NCBI GenBank assembly: GCA_963752475.1
Contig: CAVVYR010000006.1
Coordinates: 96,001-160,000, forward strand
Direction of reading: 5' to 3'
Source of the DNA: an uncultured Chloroflexia bacterium
Lineage (GTDB): Bacteria > Chloroflexota > Limnocylindria > Limnocylindrales > CSP1-4
Length of the DNA stretch: 64,000 bases
Part shown: in pieces, positions 33,130 to 43,972 of the stretch
Layout: every line of letters starts with the position of its first letter
How positions within the stretch are numbered: position 1 is the first letter of the stretch
Position numbers and translations under genes: made by a program
Notes under the pieces: generated by a model
Database searches by the model: none
What the model saw: only the letters and a program-made list of their open reading frames with translations
What the model was told of the DNA's origin: nothing

Positions 33130-34056
33130 GTGTCCCGCCCCCTCGTCTCGATCGTCACACCCACCCTCAACCAGGGCCGCTTCATCGAGCAGACGATCCG
33201 CTCGATCGAGGCCCAGACCTACGCCCACTACGAGCACATCATCGTGGACGGTGGCTCGAGCGACGAGACCCTCGAGATCCTGCGCCGCCATGAGGGCACC
33301 TACCCGATGCGCTGGACCTCGGGACCCGACGAGGGCATGTATGACGCGATCAACAAGGGCATGCGCCAGGCCAAGGGTGAGATCCTCGCCTACCTCAACA
33401 GCGATGACCTCTACTTCCCCTGGACGCTCGAGGTGGTGGTCGAGGCGTTCGGGCGGGATCGAGAGGCAGACCTCATCGTGGGAGACTGCCTTCGCCTCGA
33501 CTCCGACTCGGGATACCTGCTCTTTCAGCCGCCGCCATACCGCGACTGGCTGGTTCGGACTGGCTACCTCGCACAGCCGGCGGTCTTCTGGCGGCGAAGC
33601 GTCGCTGATGACCTCGGTGAATTCGACGCCGACCTCAGATACGTGGCCGACTGCGAGTTCTGGATGCGAGCGCTCCAGCACCATCGCCTGACTCAGGTTC
33701 ACGAGTTCCTGGCCGTCGATACGATCCAGCCGGGAGCATTGCGCTCCGAGTTGGGTGAGGCCGTCGTGGCCGAGACCGAGGTCGTCCGCGCGCGGTTCAC
33801 TGACCTCCACGGGCCCGGGCATCGAGCGCGGAGCTTGTTGAATAGGATCTGGGGTGCTCTCTGGCGACGGGCCTACTGGTTGCAGTTTCTCGTCCGACAG
33901 GGTGCTGGCACAAGAGCCAGGGGGTCGTGGGCTCACTGGTTGGCTGAGACCCAGCCGAGGATCTCAACGAGGGACGCCATCCTCGCCCAGGTTCCGGTGA
34001 TAGGTGATCGCTTTGCCTGGCGGGCGTTGCGCTCCGGGGGTCGGCCCGATGCGTAG
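33130..34056 (+). CDS. GT2 glycosyltransferase
   Basis: VSIVTPTLNQGRFIE, VDGGSSD, GMYDAINKG, AYLNSDD; TATCCT 7 nt before GTG. Confidence 0.92.
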   Translation: MSRPLVSIVTPTLNQGRFIEQTIRSIEAQTYAHYEHIIVDGGSSDETLEILRRHEGTYPMRWTSGPDEGMYDAINKGMRQAKGEILAYLNSDDLYFPWTLEVVVEAFGRDREADLIVGDCLRLDSDSGYLLFQPPPYRDWLVRTGYLAQPAVFWRRSVADDLGEFDADLRYVADCEFWMRALQHHRLTQVHEFLAVDTIQPGALRSELGEAVVAETEVVRARFTDLHGPGHRARSLLNRIWGALWRRAYWLQFLVRQGAGTRARGSWAHWLAETQPRISTRDAILAQVPVIGDRFAWRALRSGGRPDA

Positions 34057-34789
34057 AGCATTGATCGACCTGGTGCACGTGCTCTCCCGTCGGCAGGGTG
34101 TCGACATCGTCCGCTATCAGCCCACGACGCACTACCTGGCGCGGCGCATGCAACTCCTTCGTTCCACGGGTGTCGATCTGGTGCTGGACGTCGGGGCCAA
34201 TGATGGTGAGTACGCAACCGAGCTTCGGCGTATCGGCTACCAGGGCCGGATGATCTCCTTCGAGCCTCTGCCTGACGCCGTAGAGAGGCTGAGGCAGCGC
34301 AGCGCCGACGATGATCGCTGGGATGTCCGGCCCGTCGCGCTTGGGGATGCGTCCGGTACGACCTCATTGAACGTAGCCGGCAATTCGGCTAGCAGTTCGC
34401 TCCTGACGATGCGGCCAGAGCATGAGCGGTATGCCCCGGGCACTGGAACGGTGGGCGTCGTCGAGATCGTTGTCGAGCGGCTCGACGACATCGCTGCCGA
34501 CGTGCTAGGCGAGGCGGCACGCCCCTTCGTCAAGATCGACACGCAAGGCTTCGAGCGTCGAGTGCTGGACGGGGCGGCTGCCACGATCAGCCGCGTCATG
34601 GGGTTGCAGGTCGAACTGTCGATCGTTCCGCTGTACGACGAGGCGCCACCGATGCTCGAGATGCTCGAGTACCTGGACGGCCTCGGTTTCGAGTTGATGG
34701 GACTCGAGCCGGGCTTCAGCGACTCGCAGAGCGGACGGCTGCTCCAGTTCGACGGCGTGTTCTACCGTCCGGCTGTCTTGGAGCAGTAA
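34049..34789 (+). CDS. FkbM-family methyltransferase
   Basis: VLDVGANDG, ISFEP, VKIDTQGFE. Confidence 0.92.
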   Translation: MRRALIDLVHVLSRRQGVDIVRYQPTTHYLARRMQLLRSTGVDLVLDVGANDGEYATELRRIGYQGRMISFEPLPDAVERLRQRSADDDRWDVRPVALGDASGTTSLNVAGNSASSSLLTMRPEHERYAPGTGTVGVVEIVVERLDDIAADVLGEAARPFVKIDTQGFERRVLDGAAATISRVMGLQVELSIVPLYDEAPPMLEMLEYLDGLGFELMGLEPGFSDSQSGRLLQFDGVFYRPAVLEQ

Positions 34790-34794
34790 CGTCT

Positions 34795-35727
34795 GTGTCC
34801 CGCCCCCTCGTCTCGATCGTGACACCGACCCTCAACCAGGGCGGATTCATCGAGCAGACCATCCGCTCGCTCAAGGCCCAGACCTACGCCCGATACGAGC
34901 ACATCGTGGTGGACGGCGGCTCCAGCGACGAGACCCACGACATCCTCCGCCGCCACGAGGGCACCTACCCGATGCGCTGGGTTCAGGACCCGACGAGGGC
35001 ATGTATGACGCGATCAACAAGGGCATGCGCCATGCAAAGGGTGACATCCTCGCCTACCTCAACAGCGATGACCTCTACTTCCCCTGGACGCTCGAGGTGG
35101 TAGTCGAGGCGTTCGGGCGGGACCGTAAGGCAGAGTTGGTGTATGGCGATGCGCTCGGCGTCTACGACGACACGGGCGCACAGGATCCGCGCTTCCAGCC
35201 TCGGTCCGTTTCGGATCCCTGCTTCGGGGAGGCTTCCTCGTACAGCCTGCGGTGTTCTGGCGGCGCGCGCTCCAGCAGCAGCTGGGGGCTTCGACCCCCA
35301 TTCAAGCTAGCCGGGGACTTGACTGGTGGCTCCGGGCCGGCCCAGACCGTCGGTACTGCCGGGTGGACGAGATGGTGGCGGTCGAACGAGACCACGCGGA
35401 CGCAAGCGCATGTCTCAATGGAGCCGGCTCCTGCTCAGAGTCGGAAGCCGCTCGAGTCGAGTCAAGCCGATGGGGCGCGCCCAGAAGACCGCCTTGTCGA
35501 CAGCCGAACGACTCCGTGGCTGGTGGTCAAGGCGACTGCTCTGGTGGCGGTTCTTGCGAGCCGCTCGTGACCCAAACGATGCCAACCGCCGCTGGGGGTC
35601 CTTCCTAGCGGCCGCATCGGTGACGGTCATTCCAGCACGGGCGTTGGTTCACCAGGTCCCTTGGATCGGGGTCCGCGCTGGCGGCGGCTCGATAACATCC
35701 GAAGTGGACTGGCTGGATCCGCGATGA
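34795..35727 (+). CDS. GT2 glycosyltransferase, paralog of 33130; frameshifted
   Basis: First ~330 nt nearly identical to 33130-33460; continues across shifted frames. Confidence 0.85.
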
Positions 35728-36460
35728 GGCTTGAACGACATCGGCAGGACTGGGAGGAGCTCGCGGAACAGGATCCCCTCTGGGCGATCCTGTCAGACCC
35801 GGCGAAGGCTCACGGCGCGTGGGACATCGACGAGTTCTTCGCCACCGGCAGGGAGGAAATCGACCGGGTGATGGCGCAAGCCGACCGCCTTCGCCTTCCG
35901 AGACAGCATGGGCGAGCACTCGACTTCGGTAGCGGGTACGGCCGTCTAACGCGTGCCATCTCTGATCACTTCGACAGTACGGTCGGGGTGGATATCTCAG
36001 CTGAGATGGTTCGCGCGGCCAGCCGGCTGGGCGACGCCGATCGGACGATCGAGTTCGTGGTCAACGATCGTGACGATCTGTCCCTCTTCGGGCCATCCGA
36101 GTTCGACTTCGTCTACTCGAACATCGTGCTCCAGCATGTCCCGAACGCTGAGATGATCCCCCGGCGGTACGTCGCGGAGTTTGTGCGCGTCTTGACGCCG
36201 GGTGGTCTGGTCGTGTTCCAACTGCCCACCGAGATCCCGTTCCGCTATCGCCTGCAACCGCGGCGTCGCGCGTACACGGCCTGGGAAGGCGGTTCGGCGT
36301 GCCCCCGAAGGTCTTGCGCAACCGCCTGAACCTCCACCCGATCCGGATGTCTGGCGTTCGCGAGTCAACGGTGATCGGCACGCTCGAACAAGCTGGAGGC
36401 CGTGTTCTCGAGATCGATCGAGCCGAGATCGAAGGCTTCTGGATCCCGAGCAACACGTAA
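35724..36460 (+). CDS. Class I SAM-dependent methyltransferase; frameshift near the 3' end
   Basis: DPLWAIL, ALDFGSGYGRL, GVDIS, IVLQHVP, LTPGG. Confidence 0.85.
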
Positions 36461-36485
36461 TCGGTTACGCGCGAGTGACGATCTC

Positions 36486-37686
36486 ATGAGGATCGGACTG
36501 CTCGACGAACTTCTGGTACGTGCGTGGCGGACTCGAGCGCGTGGTGCTTGCCGATGCCGAGGGGCTCAAGCGGCGCGGTCACGATGTGTTGCCCTTCTCC
36601 TCGGCCCATGGGCTGAACGAACAGACCGCAACGGGAAGGTACTTCCCACCGAGTGTCGATCATGGCGCACTTGGGTCCGGGATGAGCGTGCTGCAGCGCA
36701 GCCGCGCGGCCATCGACCTGTTCCACAATCGCAGGGCTGCCAGTGCGTTCGGGTTCATGGTCCAGCAGCAGCGGCCCAATCTCGCCCATCAGCACGGCCT
36801 GGCTCGCCAGTACCCGCCGAGCGTCCTGGAGCGGGCGAAGTCCCTGGGCTTGCCTACCGTCCTGACCCTCCACGATTACTCGCTCCGTTGCCCCTCGGGC
36901 GACCTCTCCCGAGCCGGCGCATCCGAGTCCATCGAAGTCTCTGTGCCGGACACCGATATGATCGCGCCATCCGGTTCGCCTGCGTCCAAGCCGTTGCCAG
37001 TGCGCTCGCAGCAGCGGAACTCCTTGTGACAGAGCCCTCCGACGATACGAGCGCTGTGTTGACGTATTCCTGACACCTAGCGAGTTCGTTGCCGCCCGCA
37101 TGCGTGAGGCAGGGCTGCCGGCCAACCGCCTGCGACTGATGCCCAATTCCGTCGAACCCACCGGGCCACACGATGGACCTGACGAGGGCTACGTCCTGGC
37201 ATTCGGCCGTCTGGTGGCGATTAAGGGCTTCGAGCTTGTCGTCGACCTAGCTCGGCGACGTCCCGATACACGGTTCGTCACGCGGCGATGGGCCTGAGCG
37301 ACCGCGTCTCGAGTCCGCGACTCGCGACCTCGGCAACGTCGAGTTCACGGGCTTCCTGGGTGGAGACGTGCTGCGGCCGCAGATTCGTGGAGCCCAGTCG
37401 TGCTCGTGCCCTCACCCTGGCCGGAGCCGTTCGGGATGGTCGTCCTGGAGGCGTGGCGGAGGGCCGGCCCGTGGTCGCCGCGCGATCCGGTGCGCTTGCC
37501 GAGTTGGTCGATGACGGGAACACGGGCTACACCTTCGATCGTGGGGACGTGACAGCAGCCGATGGCGCACTCGGTCGGCTGGTTGACGACGAAGCGCACG
37601 CCACAGCCTTGGGTCAGAACGGTCGTCGACTGGTGCACACCACGTACTCGTTCGAAGCACACCTCGACCGACTGGAGGCGCTCTAG
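36486..37686 (+). CDS. GT4 glycosyltransferase; frameshifted
   Basis: RGGLERV, LTLHDYSLRCP, FGRLVAIKG, PVVAARSGALAELV. Confidence 0.8.
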
Positions 37687-39329
37687 AGCACTCGCGCGGT
37701 AGCACCTCGAGTATCGCGACCGACGGTCCCAAGGCCGCGTCCAACGGTCGAAACGCTTAGCTTCTGGATAGGCCTCGATGACCGCGAGGTATGCCTCGGC
37801 CTCATCCTGGAGCGCAGGGCCTGCATCGCGGACGGACTGGGCCCACGTCACACTGACTGCGACGTAGTCGACGCCAGCAGCCTCGATAGCCTCGACGATC
37901 TCGCCGGGACTCATCGGCAACAGGTTCTCACCCATGCGCCCGAAATAGCCGTTGTCCGGGATTGGCCCTGTACTCTGACCCGGGATGAGATGACCCTCGC
38001 GTGCGACGAGGACATCGTAGTCGGCGATGCTCAGGTGCACGGTGTTGCTGTCGACCAGCACCGCCGAGCCGGCCGGTGTGTTCTGCTCCAGCCACTTCGT
38101 CGCCGACACGCGAGTATCGTCCGATGCCATTCGCGCGTCTGTGTTCTGGAGGGTGGGCACCGCCAGTGGAACAAGGATGAGCAGTGCCAGCAGCGTGCGA
38201 GCGAGCGCACCCAGGCGTCGCTTCCTAGACGGTCGAAGCGGGCCTCGAGGGCGGTCGCGCCATAGGCTATGCCGACCGCGACCACTGGAACCATCGGTGC
38301 CAGCCACCGGGCCCACCAGTGGGAGAGGACCGAGATGAAGAGCACGTATGCGATCGCGGTCACGGTCACGACTGCCGTTCGACGGCTGCGTAGCATCGCG
38401 ACGAGCCCTGCGATGCCCACGGTCGCGCCGAGCCATCCGAGTGCCGCAGGCAACGCCTCGAGGACATAGCGCCGGAGGTGCTCGATGATGCCGCCGCTCG
38501 TGGCGTGGATGTGTTGTCGTGCCACCTCGACCAGTACCCAGTAGACCGTTTCGAGCGGGTTGATGAACAGGTACGGAGCCGCTAGGAACGCAGCCAGGAG
38601 GCCGGCACAGGCTGCCGCTGTGAGCCACCTGAGGCCCTGTCGGGCGGTCGCCCGCCCTTCAGCGACGACCGCTCGCACACCGAGCAGGATCGGGACTGCA
38701 CCGATCACGGCCGGGTACTTGCTCACTGCGGCGAGGCCGAGGAAGACGCCGCTCCAAGCGAACAGGCGTCCACTGCCTTGGGTGATGGCGCGGAGCACTA
38801 TGAGCAGGAGTATGAGCAGGGCGAGGACTTGTGGCATGTCCCCTCGGGTCTCGGTGGAGAGTTCGAGGATCGGCCATGAGATCGCGATCGCCAGCGCAGC
38901 GACTCCGGCCCAGAGTTGCGAGGTCCGCGACTCTCGAGCGAGGGCATAGGTGGCGAGCACGACGAAGGTTCCTGCCAGCGCTGTCACGAGCCGCCCGAGC
39001 ATGAAGAAGTGCGTTCCGTCCGCGAGGTATGCGTCGCCGACATCTGCCCAGGCCTCGAAGGCTCCGACTGCGATACCGATCCAGCCGTACAAGGCGTACA
39101 ACGGGCTGAGCACGACGTACAGCGTCGCGGCAGGGAAGCCATGCCACTCGGGGTCCCAATCTCCGTCTTCGACCATCTCCCACGCAGCCGTGACGAAGAA
39201 CCGCTCATCGGCATTGAGCTCGTACGGGAGGCCGTAGGACAACGACGCGAGCCGGAGGGCCAGTGCGACGGCGGCGATGACCCAGAGCCACCATGGCGCA
39301 CCCCTAACCTCACGCGCGAACCGTCTCAT
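37680..39329 (-). CDS. ArnT/PMT-like (GT-C) membrane glycosyltransferase; frameshifted, 3' end approximate
   Basis: LRLASLSYGLP...NADE, GRLVTALAG, GLAAVSKY; multiple TM segments. Confidence 0.8.
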
Positions 39330-39424
39330 CGGTAGACCCTAGGTGCGGTTTGGTGACGTCGCGATAGGTTGATGGGGCCACTGGCGCCTAGCCGCATCGC
39401 GACGACCGCTACCATCAGCGCCAG

Positions 39425-40567
39425 ATGAGGATCGCGATCTTCGGGGCGCGAGGGGTGCCCGCCAAGTGGGGCGGCTTCGACACCTACGTGACCGAGCTGG
39501 CCCCGCGTCTGGTCGAGGCCGGCCACGACGTGACCCTCTTCACCATGCCCAAGTACACCGACCCGTCCGTAGGGAAGACGTTCGAGGGCGTGCGCATCGT
39601 CCGATTGCCCACGATCTACGGCAAGTTCACCGAGACCGTCCTGCACGAGCTCTTCAGCAGCCTCTACGCGCTGGTCCACCCGGGTCAGGACGTCTACTAC
39701 ATCCTGGGCTGTCGGACCGTCTGGGCATATCTGCCGCACAAGCTGCTGCGCCGCAAGCTGGTCATCCACACCGACGGCCTCGACTGGAAGCGTCGCAAGT
39801 GGGGCCGCGTCGCGACCGCCTACCTGAAGTTCAACTACTGGCTGGCGCGCAAGATCACCAGCCACCTCGTCTCCGACTCGAAGGAACTGCAGAAGCTTTA
39901 CCTCGAGGACTACAGCACCCCCAGTGCCTTCCTCACCTACGGCGCCCACGTCGAGCACGTCGAGGATGAGGCGGCGAATCGCGAGATCCTCGCGACCTAC
40001 GATGCCGAACCCGGCTCGTACTACCTCGTCGTCGCGCGCATGGAGCCGGAGAACAACGTCGACGTCATCGTCCGCGAGTTCGAGCGGTCGGACATCAAGG
40101 AGCCGCTTCTCGTCGTGGGTGGCGCAAACTACAGGAGCGCCTACCTCGAGCGTCTGCAGCAGACACAGGATCAGCGCATCCGCTTCCTCGGTCCGGTCTA
40201 CGAGCCCGGCCATCTGACCGCGCTGCATCTGGGTGCGAAGGCTTACCTCCACGGTCACGAGGTTGGCGGCACGAACCCGTCGCTGCTCACCGCCATGGGC
40301 TGCGGGAACCTCGTCCTTGCTCACGACGTCAGGTTCAACAGGGAGGTCCTGGCTGGGAACGGGCTCCTGTGGTCGAAGGACAAGGGCTCGCTCCTCGGTC
40401 AGCTTCAGCGTGTCGATCGGGACGGTGACGCACTGCGCGAAGAAGCCGCTACTGCTTGCCGTGAACGCATCGCTGAGTTCTACACCTGGGACAGGACCGC
40501 ATCCGACCATGAGCGATTCTTCGAGTTCGTCACCGGTAGTGGACCCGGTGTTCGAGTGCCACGCTGA
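39425..40567 (+). CDS. GT4 glycosyltransferase (DUF1972-containing)
   Basis: GARGVPAKWGGFDT, TDGLDWKRRKW, ARMEPENN, HGHEVGGTNPSLL. Confidence 0.9.
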   Translation: MRIAIFGARGVPAKWGGFDTYVTELAPRLVEAGHDVTLFTMPKYTDPSVGKTFEGVRIVRLPTIYGKFTETVLHELFSSLYALVHPGQDVYYILGCRTVWAYLPHKLLRRKLVIHTDGLDWKRRKWGRVATAYLKFNYWLARKITSHLVSDSKELQKLYLEDYSTPSAFLTYGAHVEHVEDEAANREILATYDAEPGSYYLVVARMEPENNVDVIVREFERSDIKEPLLVVGGANYRSAYLERLQQTQDQRIRFLGPVYEPGHLTALHLGAKAYLHGHEVGGTNPSLLTAMGCGNLVLAHDVRFNREVLAGNGLLWSKDKGSLLGQLQRVDRDGDALREEAATACRERIAEFYTWDRTASDHERFFEFVTGSGPGVRVPR

Positions 40568-40574
40568 CGGTTCG

Positions 40575-42130
40575 CTACCTCGAGTTGGCTGCCTCGAGCT
40601 CCTCGATGCGCTGCGTCACGTCAGCGAAGTCGAACGCCCGTGAGGGTGTGGACGCCAGGACGACGTCTGGCTCCTCAGGGACATCGACGTCGAAGTAGCG
40701 GCGCAGCAACTCGGGGTAGGTGTTCACGGTCGTGATGTCGTCTCGGAGTGGCGGCTCACCCTCGGGCCCGGGGAGGTACATCGCATCGAGGATGCCGAAC
40801 TTGGCCAGCAGTTCCGAATCGGATGCCTGGTCCCAGTTCCAGCCGCTCGGTGGCTCATCGAGACCGATCCGGGAATGGTCCCTCGTCCGCCTGGAGGATG
40901 ATGATGGGCTGTTCGTCCTCAGGCCGATCCAGCAGGCGCGTCACCAGCCCCTGGAGTTGCCCGTTGGTGTAGGCCAGCTGCGACTCGTACGTCGCTGTCT
41001 CGGGATCATACGTTCCGTCCGCGAGGAAGACATACGGCTCATGCGGCAGGAGGATATGCGGCGAACACGTACTTGTGCGCGGGATCGTCGACGAGTGAGT
41101 CAAGGACCTCCCATTGGTACTCAGCCGTGTCCGCATGTCTCTGCTCCTCGGACACCCTCAGGATGGACAGGTAGGGCAGCAGCGTCGTCTTGTACAACAC
41201 GGTCCCGAAGTCCCGAACGGCGCCGTCGAGGCTGTACGACCTATCTGCGATGTCGGATCGCTCGGTCACATCGAACCAGGATCCGATGTGGGCGTACTCG
41301 TATCCGTGATCCTGCAACCACTGCCCGGCCGCGCTTCGTCGGATGCGTTGCGCGAGTGGGTTGAAGTGCTTGCTGGCAGGCCCAAGCTCCTCGGCATCGA
41401 GCAAGCCCATCCCGAGCGTCGAGGCCAGCGACAGGATCGTCTTCGCGTAGTTGGCGTTGGCTTCGTCAGCGACGTGGAAGCCCTGCTCCCGCAGCCGGTC
41501 GATGAACTCCGAGTTGTCGATGTCGCCATAGGCCCTCAGGCCGATCTCTGACCCGTAGCGATCGAGAACGATGTGGTAGATGTCGCGCTCCACCGTCGCG
41601 TACGGCCGTCGGTCGGAGCCGGCGCTTCGTGCTCCGGTAGGTTCGCGCCGCGGAACTCAGCTGCCACGCCATCTGCGGCCGCGGCGCCAGCCAGGATCAC
41701 CAGCGCGAGCGCGAACACGTTGAGCAGCAGCGTGACTTCGTGCAGGCGTCGGCCGATGCGAGTGGCCACCAGGATGGAGCACAGCACGAGCGCGCCACTG
41801 CCGACGGCGACGACGATGAGCACGCCAAGCGCATCGGCGACGATCGGAGCCGACACGTCGATCGCCGGTCCGAACAGCAGGACGACCACGACGACCGCCG
41901 AGACGATGATGCCGGCTCGCGCGATGTCGCGGATCAGCAGCGTCGAGCAGCACGAGCGCGCCCATCGAGACGCCCATCACGATGGCGAGCGGCACGATGA
42001 CCTCGCTGATGGACACCTCGTACCGGTTCTCCGCGTACAGTCGGACGACCGGATAGAGCGCCAGCAAGGGGGTGTGGAACGGGAACTCGGAGGCGGTCTT
42101 GCGCTGAACTGCCTCCACGTGGACGCCCAA
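40575..42130 (-). CDS. Membrane-anchored alkaline-phosphatase/sulfatase-superfamily protein; frameshifted
   Basis: N-terminal TMs; DIYHIVLDRY, ANYAKTILSL, HILLPHEPY, IILQADEG, TTVNTY. Confidence 0.78.
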
Positions 42131-42381
42131 CGCTCAATCCTCGAGTCGAGGTCCGCGTGGTTCCGCGTTGGGCTCCCGCGTGACGCTCGTTGATGGTGCA
42201 GGCTGGGTCACGGGTCGGACCGTAGCACCGCCAGCGACGCGACTGCCGCAGGTATCGGTCCTACCCGCCCGCCTGACCATCGTCAAGGTCGAATCGGTGC
42301 GGTCTGGTGCTATCGTCGTTCGACATCAGCCAGCGCGGTGCTGGCGGATTCATCACGTACCCGCTCATCGGGGAGTCATCA

Positions 42382-42570
42382 ATGGAACTGGTCTTCGGAT
42401 ACATCGACCCAGGCTCGGGGAGCCTGATGATCCAGGCGCTCATCGCCGGCCTCGTGGCTGCACCGATCTTCTTCCGGCGCCACATCATGCGCGTGGTGCA
42501 CAAGATCCGCGGCGACGAGGTGCCGGCCCAGATGACCCCCGCGACGGACGACACCACCAAGGGTGACTGA
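42382..42570 (+). CDS. Small membrane protein with YIDPGSGS motif
   Basis: MELVFGYIDPGSGSLMIQALIAGLVAAPIFFRR; GGGGAG RBS; stop overlaps the next gene. Confidence 0.75.
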   Translation: MELVFGYIDPGSGSLMIQALIAGLVAAPIFFRRHIMRVVHKIRGDEVPAQMTPATDDTTKGD

Positions 42571-43972
42571 GCCGACCACCGCGACCTCCGACAGCGCCAC
42601 GCGCGACGCCGGTTCGTATCGCGACCCGGCTGGCTTCGTCTTCCGCCGCGATGGCGTCGTCTACCGCCAGATCGACCCGACCTTCGCCGACGACTGGCAG
42701 GGCTATCTCGAATCCGGCCTCTACGAACGGCTGCGTGACGAGGGCATCGTCATCCCGCACGAGGCGGTTGACCTCGAGCTGGCCCCGTCACCGCCGGCCC
42801 ACGCGGTCATCCGACCCGAGCAGCTCCCGCTCATCTCCTATCCCTACGAGTGGTCCTTCAGCCAGCTGCAGGATGCGGCACTCCTGACCCTGCGGGCGCA
42901 GACCCTGGCCGCGGAGGCCGGGTTCACGCTCCGCGACGCCTCCGCCTACAACGTCCAGTTCCATCGCGGCCGACCGGTGCTCATCGACTCGCTCTCGTTC
43001 GAGCGAGCGGTAGAGGGGAGGCCGTGGGCGCCGTACCGGCAGTTCTGTGAGCACTTCCTGGCGCCGCTCGCGCTGATGGCCAAGGTCGACATCCGGCTGG
43101 GCCGGCTGCTGCGCGACCACCTCGAGGGCATCCCCCTCGACCTCGCCGCGCGACTCCTTCCAGGGCGTACCCGCCTGAGCTTCGGCCTCGGGCCGCACAT
43201 CCACATCCACGCTCGCGCTCAACGCCAGCACGCGGACGACAACGCGCAGGCCGATTCGAAGTCCGAGGCGACGATGTCGCCGAAGCAGCTGGCCACGCTC
43301 ATCGAGAGCCTGCACGACACGGTCGCCGGGCTCTCGTGGGAGCCCGAGGGCACAGCCTGGGCCGACTACGCGGACAACACCAGCTATGGCGACGCCGCCA
43401 CCGAGTCGAAGGCTCGGACCGTTGCCGAGATGCTAGCGAAGGTCGATGGCCGGTCGGCCTGGGACCTGGGCGCGAACACCGGCCGCTACAGCCGCATCGC
43501 CGCCGACGCCGGCTACCGGGTGGTGGCGCTCGACATCGACCCCGCAGCGGTCGAACGTGGCTACACCGTGCTCAAGGCGGACGGCCGCACGGACATCACC
43601 CCCTTGTTGGCGGACATCACCGACCCGAGCCCGGCGCTTGGATGGGGAAACGCTGAGCGTGCGAGCCTGCTCGATCGCATCGACGCCGATGTGATCCTGG
43701 CGCTGGCCCTGGTCCATCACCTGGCCATCGGCGCCAACGTGCCGCTGCCGATGATCGCCTCGACGTTCGCGCGCATGGCTCCGCACGCCATCGTCGAGTT
43801 CGTGCCCAAGCAGGATGCGATGGTCCAGCGGCTCCTGGCCTTCCGCCGCGATGTCTTCCCCGACTACGACATCGACGGGTTCCGCGCCGCCTTCGAGGCG
43901 CACTTCGAGGTCGTCTCGAGCACACCCGTCGAGGACAGCGAGCGGACCCTGTTCCACCTCCAGCGTCGCTGA
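42563..43972 (+). CDS. NoeA-like protein: kinase-like N-terminal region plus class I SAM methyltransferase
   Basis: SYRDPAGFVF, ISYPYEWSFSQL, LRDASAYNVQF..LIDSLS; WDLGANTGRYS, ALDID, LALVHHL. Confidence 0.82.
   Translation: MTEPTTATSDSATRDAGSYRDPAGFVFRRDGVVYRQIDPTFADDWQGYLESGLYERLRDEGIVIPHEAVDLELAPSPPAHAVIRPEQLPLISYPYEWSFSQLQDAALLTLRAQTLAAEAGFTLRDASAYNVQFHRGRPVLIDSLSFERAVEGRPWAPYRQFCEHFLAPLALMAKVDIRLGRLLRDHLEGIPLDLAARLLPGRTRLSFGLGPHIHIHARAQRQHADDNAQADSKSEATMSPKQLATLIESLHDTVAGLSWEPEGTAWADYADNTSYGDAATESKARTVAEMLAKVDGRSAWDLGANTGRYSRIAADAGYRVVALDIDPAAVERGYTVLKADGRTDITPLLADITDPSPALGWGNAERASLLDRIDADVILALALVHHLAIGANVPLPMIASTFARMAPHAIVEFVPKQDAMVQRLLAFRRDVFPDYDIDGFRAAFEAHFEVVSSTPVEDSERTLFHLQRR

Noticed and set aside
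42563-43972. Nodulation capacity implied by NoeA similarity
   Set aside because: No nod genes in the window; the similarity is at family level only
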